A stretch of DNA of 49,488 nt. Origin: Candidatus Stahliibacteriota bacterium (GTDB taxonomy: Bacteria > Hydrothermota > UBA3073 > JACQXS01). Both the position numbers and the translations under genes were made by a program. Below the pieces are notes generated by a model. The model did not search any database, was not told the origin of the DNA, and was given only the letters and a program-made list of their open reading frames with translations. Position 1 is the first letter of the stretch. Every line of letters starts with the position of its first letter. Below are positions 38,897 to 47,173 of this stretch, piece after piece. Location of the stretch: positions 1 to 49,488 of the forward strand of contig JACQXS010000002.1 in NCBI GenBank assembly GCA_016208615.1. The letters are read 5' to 3'.

Positions 38897-38927
38897 TTGT
38901 GAGCCCCGCCATCGGCGGGGCTCACAA
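38897..38927. other. Perfect 14-bp GC-rich hairpin 10 nt after a stop codon
   Basis: ttgtgagccccgcc-atc-ggcggggctcacaa. Confidence 0.8.
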
Positions 38928-38937
38928 GTTCACTAAA

Positions 38938-41145
38938 TTATCTCACGAGTACGAATTTTCTTGTCTTGTTGAAGTCTCCGCTCTCCATCTTGTAATAGTA
39001 GATACCCGTCGCGACGCTCTTGCCATAATTATCCTTACCATCCCAAGTTATTGAATGAGCACCTGCCTTAACTTCTGTATTCACTAATGTCCGTATGAGA
39101 GAGCCACTAATATCATATATCTTCAGCGATACCTTTCCTGCTCTTGGCATCCCATATGTTATACGAGCTGTCTGTCCTGGATTAGGTTTAGCTTCGGATA
39201 GCAAGTAACTTGCTGGTCGAATAGGAGTTTCGTCTACTCCAACTCCAAACCATGCGCATATTCTGGCGGCTAAACTATCTTGTGCCTCAGTATTATAGAC
39301 AACAGCAGCCGTGTTTCTGCTACCACTGGTCCAGATGTATTGGAATGGCCAATACATGTTCACGAGCTTATACGCTGCTATTGTTGTATCCTGGTACCAG
39401 TATCCCTGTATATTACCATCTTGGTCTACGAAACATGTCACGCATTGTGGGTCCAATTCCATAAATATACCCGCAAAATTAAGACCAAGATTTGACCTAT
39501 ATATGTAAGGCGCAACTAAGAAGTCTGCCAGATTGGCTGCCCCTGATATTCGGTCGTCCGGAATTCCATATTGAGCAAAAGCACTATCTGCTGGATGTAT
39601 AGAAGTATCTGGGTGAAAATCATCATCTACTTGGTGGATTTTCAAGTAATCGTGAACAAAAGACCCCGGTCCAAATGTAAGTGTATCATAATCTCCTGCC
39701 CACTCTCCTGGCAAGTCTTGTGATGTAATGGCTAACTTTCCACCTGCATTCAAGAAATTCATAAAGAATGTGGAATCCCTCATAATTGGACCTGCTCCAA
39801 AGGTATGCACAAATATCGCATTCTTTCCAGGACCTTCATCATTATAGAAATTCAAGACTGACGAATCCGCATTATTATACGCCCATTCATCCCAAAAATC
39901 TACGGGACAAGGTATATGACTCCATGGGTCGGGTGACCAAGGTGGACCGTATGCATCTCCGCCCCCTTTTAGTACTAATGCGTTGCCGGGTGTTCCTGCT
40001 CCTACTGTATAGGAGTATTGGTATTCTGAAACTCCCACTGCGCCTTGGAAATCTACTGCCCCAACACAATAAGTCACTTTTGTCCAGGGTTGATGCCCAG
40101 GTATGGCTCCTGCTCCTGTTGCATCTGTCAATCCCATTGTCCCACCTGTTACTATCATAGGTATAGTATCAGCTGTCTCTATGCTATCATTTCGCCAAAA
40201 GATAATATAAGCCGCAAAAGTACCTGTTGATTCTGGTGGTATGCCGATGTCATAAAAAGTAGCATTTAAAGGTCTATCAGTCGTAATGTATGTCCCTGGC
40301 AGATTTTCCATTGTTACTTGGGGTGGAATATTGTCATAAATATCTATCACATAAAAGAATTCCCAGTCCCCAACATTATCCCCATAGCTTAGCCACTTGA
40401 AATTAAACTGAGGAAGGTTTGGCTGAACCCTATACATCCAAGTTCTGCATGGTGCATAATGAGGTGTTCCATGTCCATTCATATCTGCATACTTATCACT
40501 TAGAGGCCATGGCTTTCCCTTATATGGTGGTGCTGCCATATTAGTAGTATCGAGCATTCTCCATCCACACCAGAGAGCCTCAGTTCCAATATCCATAGGA
40601 GGTATATTAACCCATCCAATTCTCTCTTTTAGTTCTGTTGTATCATCTGACCCTATTGGAGTTGGTCCAAAAAGCGTATCCGGTGTCTTTGTCCAGCTCT
40701 TAGCAAGCGTATCAAAAGTCCATGTAGCATTGATAGTATCTGTCAATTCAATCGTTGTCGTCGGTACAACATTAGGTCCTTTCCAGACACAAAATTCTCC
40801 ATATCCTCCGGAATAAAAACTAGCCCCAAATCCTCTAAGCGAGCATGCATATGGTGAATTGAATAGCTGTAATATAAGCGTGTTAGAATCTCTATTTGGG
40901 AAATAAAATCCGGGTTGTGAAGGTGCAGCATCCTCAAACAGAATAACCGTATCAATAAAACCCTTGCCTTTTTCTCTAATAGATTGCTTAAAAGATAATG
41001 GTATTTGCTTCCCTATCGTGTACCCTTCATCCGTCTTTTTCGCCTGGAATACATCCCCTTTGTCATCAACTATAACTGGTGTTGCAAAAGCAAGATGAAT
41101 TCCTATGCCCAATCCTATCCCCACACACAATACTTTCCTTAACAT
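38938..41145 (-). CDS. Secreted protein of unknown function with FlgD/T9SS-type CTD
   Basis: GGAGG RBS and signal peptide. Tail PNP..IYDISGSLIRTL..WDGKDNYGKSVATGIYYY..RKFVLVR. Confidence 0.85.
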   Translation of the reverse strand: MLRKVLCVGIGLGIGIHLAFATPVIVDDKGDVFQAKKTDEGYTIGKQIPLSFKQSIREKGKGFIDTVILFEDAAPSQPGFYFPNRDSNTLILQLFNSPYACSLRGFGASFYSGGYGEFCVWKGPNVVPTTTIELTDTINATWTFDTLAKSWTKTPDTLFGPTPIGSDDTTELKERIGWVNIPPMDIGTEALWCGWRMLDTTNMAAPPYKGKPWPLSDKYADMNGHGTPHYAPCRTWMYRVQPNLPQFNFKWLSYGDNVGDWEFFYVIDIYDNIPPQVTMENLPGTYITTDRPLNATFYDIGIPPESTGTFAAYIIFWRNDSIETADTIPMIVTGGTMGLTDATGAGAIPGHQPWTKVTYCVGAVDFQGAVGVSEYQYSYTVGAGTPGNALVLKGGGDAYGPPWSPDPWSHIPCPVDFWDEWAYNNADSSVLNFYNDEGPGKNAIFVHTFGAGPIMRDSTFFMNFLNAGGKLAITSQDLPGEWAGDYDTLTFGPGSFVHDYLKIHQVDDDFHPDTSIHPADSAFAQYGIPDDRISGAANLADFLVAPYIYRSNLGLNFAGIFMELDPQCVTCFVDQDGNIQGYWYQDTTIAAYKLVNMYWPFQYIWTSGSRNTAAVVYNTEAQDSLAARICAWFGVGVDETPIRPASYLLSEAKPNPGQTARITYGMPRAGKVSLKIYDISGSLIRTLVNTEVKAGAHSITWDGKDNYGKSVATGIYYYKMESGDFNKTRKFVLVR

Positions 41146-41328
41146 CTCAACCTCCTTCTCTTTAATTCTTAACCTTCTATCTGCACTCTATTGTTTTGTG
41201 TTCCACCTCCTTTTTTAAGTAGTTCATTTAATTATTTCAGTTGTTAGTATAATATGAGATTACAAATTTCTTTTGTCAAGTATTTTTTTATTTTTTATTA
41301 AAATATTTTTACATAGCTTAATTTTTGC

Positions 41329-41357
41329 TTGACATTTCTATATTTTGTAAGCATAAT
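41329..41357 (+). promoter_or_regulatory. sigma70-type promoter upstream of the four-helix-bundle cassette
   Basis: TTGACA-17 nt-CATAAT. Confidence 0.6.
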
Positions 41358-41365
41358 AGATAAAG

Positions 41366-41836
41366 AAAACTCAAATACCAAAGCTCAAATGTCAAATAAA
41401 GTCCAAAATCCAAATGCCAAATGCCCAAAAATATGATTTAGAAGAAAGAACTGCTAAATTTGGAGAAGAAGTTATTGAGTTTGTAAAAGGGGTTAGAAGA
41501 GATGAAGTTAATCATCCTTTGATTAGTCAAGTAGTGAGGTCTGCCACAAGCATAGGGGCAAATTATATGGAAGCAGATGGAGCAGAATCAAAAAAAGACT
41601 TTCAACACAAAATCGCTCTTTGCAAAAAGGAAGCAAAAGAAACAAAACATTGGTTAAGAATGCTTATTAAAGCAAACCCAGACAAGTATTCGGAGTGCCG
41701 AAAATTATGGCAAGAATCTCAAGAGCTAATTCTGATATTTTCTTCCATTCTTTTATCAAAAGGTAAACGCTAAAGAGCTTTTTGATATTTGAACTTTGAC
41801 ATTTGTTTGGAATTTGGATTTTGAACTTTGGATTTT
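41366..41836. mobile_element. Putative cassette: four-helix-bundle gene between inverted phased-tetramer arms
   Basis: Left YAAA and right TTTG tetramers, both spaced 7-7-7-4-7-7-7. Mobility is inferred only from dispersed gene-less copies. Confidence 0.55.
41414..41773 (+). CDS. Four helix bundle protein (23S rRNA IVP / Avd-like fold family)
   Basis: DLEERTAKF..QVVRSATSIGANYMEA..SKKDF.HKI..CKKEAKETKHWL..ELILIFSSI signature. Confidence 0.93.
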   Translation: MPNAQKYDLEERTAKFGEEVIEFVKGVRRDEVNHPLISQVVRSATSIGANYMEADGAESKKDFQHKIALCKKEAKETKHWLRMLIKANPDKYSECRKLWQESQELILIFSSILLSKGKR

Positions 41837-41842
41837 CAGGAT

Positions 41843-44728
41843 ATGATTTTAATTTATATTTTATTGATGAGTAGTGAGCCGATAAAGGTTAAGACTTATA
41901 CTACTAATCAAGATGTTATAGTTCACTATACTGTTCCTAATTTTGAGTCTAAGGTCAAAATAGCGGGTGGTCAAGAATTTATTGAGCTTTATCTTTCGGA
42001 TGTCCCGCCGAAGCCACCTCCGAAGCGGTTCACCACGACCTTCACGGCTCGACTGAGCTCGCCGAAGTCCACGGAGCGGGACAATCGGGATTTCCGTCCT
42101 GCTTCAACCGGTGTAAGTTCTGATATAGGTAAGCCCTGTCTTCCTGTAATTCGCAAGTTTATAGAAGTTCCTGAGGATGCTGAATTATCCATAGAAACTC
42201 AAATTGGTAGGGTTCAAGAATTTACATTAGCTTATCCCGTGTATCCTACTCAGCCGCCTGTGCCCAAAATTCCTAATTATACTCCTATCTTTACTCTTGA
42301 TAATGCTTCTTATATGGTAGATAACTTTTCTCCCTCTAATACTGCTCGTATAGTTTCTATTTTTGGTCTTCGTGGTCGTCGAGTAGCAATAGTAGAAGTT
42401 TATCCTATCCAATATAATCCTGTGCAGAACAAAGTTAGATTTGTATCTGATATTAAGGTTACCATTGTATTTCATAACGCAGATTGGGGTACCACTTTGG
42501 CTAAAATATCGCATTTCTATACTCCCTATTATGAATCCCGTTATCGGTTAATAGAGAATTATGATTATTTTAATCTTTTCAGGGAAAAAACTCTGCCAAT
42601 AGGTTATTTGATAATCACTCCTGACAGTTGGTATAACTCTATTCTTCCTCTGTCTAATTGGAAAGTTCAAAAGGGCTATTCTGTAAGTATAGCTAATCTT
42701 TCTGAAATAGGTGGCGGCGATACTACTACTGTTCGTAATTATATTAAGACTGTGTACGATAGTTGTCCTGTGCCGCCCACTTTTGTTTTGCTTGTAGGAG
42801 ATGTTGATTCTATTGGCTACTTTATAGACAGTATGAATAATAATCTGCCTACTGATTTATATTATAGCACAATGACTGATAGTGATTATTTTCCAGATAT
42901 AGATGTTTCGCGTTTTTCTATCTCTACTCAATTTGAGTTAGATAGTCTTGTCTCTAAGACTATAAAATATGAACAATGTGATTGGTCTAATGGTACTGAT
43001 TGGTGTAACAAAATGTATTTTATCGCCTCTGCTGATGGTGGCTGTCATCAGATAGCCGAATCTACACACCAATATTCTATGCAAGTTGCTCGTTCTCATA
43101 ATGTATTATGTGATTCGCTTTGGCTTTTTTATCACTCGGGTACTCCGATTATTGATGCTCTAAATGAAGGCAGGGCATGGGTTATATATTCAGGTCATGG
43201 AAGTTCTACCAGTTGGTCTGAGCCTGGTTTCAGTGTCAGTAATGTTCATAGTTTAACTAATGCAGATAAGCCCGCTTTTGTAGGTACTTTTGCTTGTTAT
43301 TCGGGGCGTTATACTGTGGGTGATTGTTTTTCTGAATCTTGGGCCCGTAGTGGCTACAGGGGAGGGATAGCCAGTTTTGCCTCTTCTGTCACTTCTTATT
43401 GGGATGAAGATGATATATTGCAGCGTCGTATGTTTGATGCAGCATTTGACTATAAGATTACATCGGTAATGGGTATGCTAAACAAGGGCAAATTACTCTT
43501 ATCTGCCTATTATGGTATTACGCCTACGGTTCAGCGTTATTTTGAAATGTATAATATGATAGGAGATGGCAGTATAAATGCTTATTGGGATGGGTTTATG
43601 TATGCGGACCATAATGTAGGGAATGTTAAGTTCACCGTTACATCTCAAGGGGCTTGTGGTTTTACAAGTCCCAATGGTAGTGGTAGTGGCTTCTGTTATC
43701 CCAATCCCGGGATTAACTATTTATACATAGGTTCATTGTGGATAGGTAATTCCAAAGATTATGTAGTTGATCGTGATACTGAAAATGATAGCGACTGGAT
43801 AGTTACCACTCTTCCTGATGGCAGGCTGAAGATTGGCGATAATTATTTTTCTGACCAAGATGGCTGGGCAATGTATAGTGATGCGGGACATCCCAATCCC
43901 AAAGGCATAACTGTAAAACAGCGGTCATGGGCTTGGGCGTCCGCTCCGTATAATGATTTTGTGATATTACAATATCTTGTAAAGAATGAGGGCCCTAATA
44001 TTATTCCCGGACTTTATGTAGGTCAGTTTATGGACTTTGATATTGATAGTGGTAGTTCAAACGACAATAATGTAAGTACTGATAGTATGCGGAAATTTGT
44101 CTATCAGTGGAGCAATTCACATAATGAATATATGGGTGTAACTTTACTTGACTCTAATAGTGTAGCAAATCTTAGTGCTATTAATATACCGGCTTATATG
44201 TTTCAGGGTGATTTTATGCGTTTCAAATTCCTTAATAAGGATTTGCATTTCCCTAATTCCAGTATTGTGGGGAATTATGGAGTAATAGCTTCTGCTGGTC
44301 CATTTAATTTGTTACCTGCCCAACAAGTTATAGTTTCTTTTGCTATAATTGCGGGTGATAGTTTAAGAGATGCATTATATAATTCTGATATGGCACAAGA
44401 ATTGTATGATTCAATAACAGGAATAGAAGAGACATCAGTAATTAGTATAGGTGAAATATTTTCTGTTCGTCCTAATCCATTTATAGGGAAAACAGTTATA
44501 GAGTTTAATGTAGGGACACGCCAGGGCGTATCCTTACAAATTTATGATTTAGCAGGCAGAATGACTAAGTCTTTTTCTCTAATCCCCAATCCCCAATCCC
44601 CAATTACCAGAGTGGTGTGGGATGGTAAGGATAACTATAATAGAAGCGTTCCTTCAGGGATTTATTTTTGTAAAATATCATCATCTGCAAATGAGGCAAA
44701 GATAAAAAAACTAATCCTCATAAAGTAG
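41843..44728 (+). CDS. Gingipain-family (C25) cysteine peptidase with propeptide and FlgD/T9SS-type CTD
   Basis: GKPCLPV propeptide, YLIITP, FVLLVGDVD, TDLYY, YSGHG (His) and FACYSG (Cys). Tail PNPF..IYDLAGR..WDGKD..SGIYF. Start taken at MILIYILL. Confidence 0.9.
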   Translation: MILIYILLMSSEPIKVKTYTTNQDVIVHYTVPNFESKVKIAGGQEFIELYLSDVPPKPPPKRFTTTFTARLSSPKSTERDNRDFRPASTGVSSDIGKPCLPVIRKFIEVPEDAELSIETQIGRVQEFTLAYPVYPTQPPVPKIPNYTPIFTLDNASYMVDNFSPSNTARIVSIFGLRGRRVAIVEVYPIQYNPVQNKVRFVSDIKVTIVFHNADWGTTLAKISHFYTPYYESRYRLIENYDYFNLFREKTLPIGYLIITPDSWYNSILPLSNWKVQKGYSVSIANLSEIGGGDTTTVRNYIKTVYDSCPVPPTFVLLVGDVDSIGYFIDSMNNNLPTDLYYSTMTDSDYFPDIDVSRFSISTQFELDSLVSKTIKYEQCDWSNGTDWCNKMYFIASADGGCHQIAESTHQYSMQVARSHNVLCDSLWLFYHSGTPIIDALNEGRAWVIYSGHGSSTSWSEPGFSVSNVHSLTNADKPAFVGTFACYSGRYTVGDCFSESWARSGYRGGIASFASSVTSYWDEDDILQRRMFDAAFDYKITSVMGMLNKGKLLLSAYYGITPTVQRYFEMYNMIGDGSINAYWDGFMYADHNVGNVKFTVTSQGACGFTSPNGSGSGFCYPNPGINYLYIGSLWIGNSKDYVVDRDTENDSDWIVTTLPDGRLKIGDNYFSDQDGWAMYSDAGHPNPKGITVKQRSWAWASAPYNDFVILQYLVKNEGPNIIPGLYVGQFMDFDIDSGSSNDNNVSTDSMRKFVYQWSNSHNEYMGVTLLDSNSVANLSAINIPAYMFQGDFMRFKFLNKDLHFPNSSIVGNYGVIASAGPFNLLPAQQVIVSFAIIAGDSLRDALYNSDMAQELYDSITGIEETSVISIGEIFSVRPNPFIGKTVIEFNVGTRQGVSLQIYDLAGRMTKSFSLIPNPQSPITRVVWDGKDNYNRSVPSGIYFCKISSSANEAKIKKLILIK

Positions 44729-44813
44729 CAAAAACCTATAAGTATATCAAAAATTAAAGATACAAGCTTAAATGACAAACAAGTAAATAATAAATACTGG
44801 AACTAAACAAAAG

Positions 44814-46064
44814 ATGGATAACGAGACTAAACTAAAAGAAACGAGTCTAAAATTAAGTATCAAAGAGGGTGCCTCTTGTTCGGCAATGATAGGGTTAGCT
44901 GAATCCTATATCGCCCCATATGCTATAGCTGTTGGGGCATTACCCTTTCAAATCGCTATTCTAACCTCTATTCCTAATTTATTTGGTTCTTTGGCTCAAT
45001 TAGTATCTATTAAATTTATGCAGTCCCATAGTCGTAAAGGCATAACTACAAGATTTGTCTTCGCCAATGCTTTAATGTGGCTACCTATGATTGGGTCCCT
45101 ATATGCTTACTACAGACAAGTCATAACCTTTATCCCGTTACTTATTATTTCTATTTGGACTTTTTATCTATTACTTATAAATGTAGCCGCTCCTGCTTGG
45201 CAATCTTGGATGGGTGACCTTGTCCCTGAAGCCAGTAGGGGGAAATATTTTGGCATAAGAAATACTATATGTAACAGTGTATTACTTGTTTCAACCTTAT
45301 TGGGTGGAATGCTACTTGACCATTTTAAGAAATTAAATCTCATTTTAGTAGGATTTGGGGTATTATTTTTTGTAGGAATGCTATTTCGTCTTCTTTCTGC
45401 CTTTATATTGACTAAACAATACGAGCCGCACATTAGATTTGATAGTAGTTATTATTTCAGTTTTCCTGAATTTATTAGACGGATGCGTGGTAATAATTTT
45501 GGCAGATTTGTCATCTTTGTTATGCTTACTACTCTTTCTTGTTGTATTGCGGTACCCTTTTTTGCCCCATATATGTTGCGGGATTTGAAATTCAACTACA
45601 CCCTATTTATTCTTATTGCTATTGTGACTCCTACCATAAGTAGTATTATAACTGCGCCACTTTGGGGTAGATTTTCAGACAAATTTGGTAATATAGCAAC
45701 TTTAAGGATTTGCAGTCTGGTAATCTGTTTTATTCCGCTTTCGTGGCTCCTCTCTCGTAATCCTTATTATCTTATTTTTGTCCCTCAAACTATAGGTGGA
45801 GCGGCTTGGGCAGGTTTTGGACTGGCGACTTCCAATTTTATTTACGATGCTGTTACCAGACAGCGAAGGGGATTATGTTTTGCTTACTATAATGTCTTAA
45901 ATGGTATAGGCATATTTATTGGCGCTACTATAGGGAGCTTTATAGTTAAACTCCCTATCCATTTTATGAACATTTTTCTCTTTATTTTTCTAATCTCCAG
46001 TATTTTGCGACTTATAGTTTTTACAGTAATGCTACCTAAGATAAAAGAGGTTAAATTTAGTTAA
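44814..46064 (+). CDS. MFS transporter
   Basis: About 12 TM segments. WMGDLVPEASRGKYFG and WGRFSDKFG motifs. Confidence 0.88.
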   Translation: MDNETKLKETSLKLSIKEGASCSAMIGLAESYIAPYAIAVGALPFQIAILTSIPNLFGSLAQLVSIKFMQSHSRKGITTRFVFANALMWLPMIGSLYAYYRQVITFIPLLIISIWTFYLLLINVAAPAWQSWMGDLVPEASRGKYFGIRNTICNSVLLVSTLLGGMLLDHFKKLNLILVGFGVLFFVGMLFRLLSAFILTKQYEPHIRFDSSYYFSFPEFIRRMRGNNFGRFVIFVMLTTLSCCIAVPFFAPYMLRDLKFNYTLFILIAIVTPTISSIITAPLWGRFSDKFGNIATLRICSLVICFIPLSWLLSRNPYYLIFVPQTIGGAAWAGFGLATSNFIYDAVTRQRRGLCFAYYNVLNGIGIFIGATIGSFIVKLPIHFMNIFLFIFLISSILRLIVFTVMLPKIKEVKFS

Positions 46065-46232
46065 GATTTGAGTTTTAAGTTTTGAACTTTGACTTTTGGT
46101 AATGTATGATTTTCCACCATATAGGCCACCGAGTGAAATAGATAAAGCAATAGAAGAAATTGGTAAAAGAGAAGTTATATTAGATGCTAATACATTAGTC
46201 CAAAAAGGTATACTCTCTAACTTATAGTTCCC

Positions 46233-47156
46233 TTAAAATACAACTACTTTTTTGGCTACTCGTTTTTCTCCTGTATTCAACACTCCGAAATAAATCCCAG
46301 CAGTAGGTACTTTTATGGTCATTTCACCCTTACCTATAAGACTAAACTCACTTACTTTTTGTCCTACTATACTATACAATCTAAATTGGCCATCTATCTC
46401 ATAGAGTATTTTTACACTTCTTCTGCTTGGCAGTAATCTAAACCCTTCATCCTTATTTAACTTCTCTTCTTCTATTCCTGTGGGCTGGATATAGAACTCT
46501 ACATATGAGAGTTGTGTTCCACTAGCATAATGGCCACCATTACAATCAGGAGGAACTCCACTCTGACAAGTCAAAGTACAGCTGCAAACCAGCATTTCCG
46601 GGTCCCAACCATAATTGGAATTCGGACCGTCAGGAGAACCATCAGTCACCCAAGCATCCCCGATAGAAGAATAAATACTACTGCCATTAATCAGTTTAGG
46701 AGCCAAAAATACTCCACTGGGACTTTCCTTGGTAGTAAGGTTCCACACTATATCACATACCCCGCCGTGGCGGTCTAAAATTTGCATCCCAAAAGGTATA
46801 GTATCTTCTTCGGCTAAACCTAATACATAACTCTCTAACCGAGTAGAAGAAAAATTATACCAGCTATTTGGATTCAGTTTTTTCAAAGCCGCCAATGACT
46901 CACCGAACGGTGGTCTATTGTTCCAAGTAATCGTATGCTCGTCAAAAGGCTTTGTAGCATATACTACTATAGTGCTACATAGTGGTGGTGGTGCAGAACC
47001 ATAATACTCTACATCCTTCACATATATTTGGAGTTCAATATTTGCCTTTTCACCCCCTTTTACTATTTCTTGTGCTTCATTAACCGTTTTCTTTCCTATA
47101 CTACTCGTCGTATAAAACAGAGTGGTCGCCATCACGCATAACGCTACCTGTAACAT
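46233..47156 (-). CDS. Secreted DNRLRE/CBM96-like protein with T9SS-type CTD
   Basis: GGAGG RBS. FDEHTITWNNRP and DAWV..PNSNYG motifs, GIEEE linker, LYSIVGQKV..GIYF..KKVVVF tail. Confidence 0.65.
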   Translation of the reverse strand: MLQVALCVMATTLFYTTSSIGKKTVNEAQEIVKGGEKANIELQIYVKDVEYYGSAPPPLCSTIVVYATKPFDEHTITWNNRPPFGESLAALKKLNPNSWYNFSSTRLESYVLGLAEEDTIPFGMQILDRHGGVCDIVWNLTTKESPSGVFLAPKLINGSSIYSSIGDAWVTDGSPDGPNSNYGWDPEMLVCSCTLTCQSGVPPDCNGGHYASGTQLSYVEFYIQPTGIEEEKLNKDEGFRLLPSRRSVKILYEIDGQFRLYSIVGQKVSEFSLIGKGEMTIKVPTAGIYFGVLNTGEKRVAKKVVVF

Positions 47157-47173
47157 CTCACACCTCCCTTTTT

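Noticed and set aside
41414..41773. Four-helix-bundle gene as a 23S rRNA intervening sequence or as the Avd of a diversity-generating retroelement
   Set aside because: No rRNA sequence flanks it. I saw no reverse transcriptase and no TR/VR pair differing at adenines.
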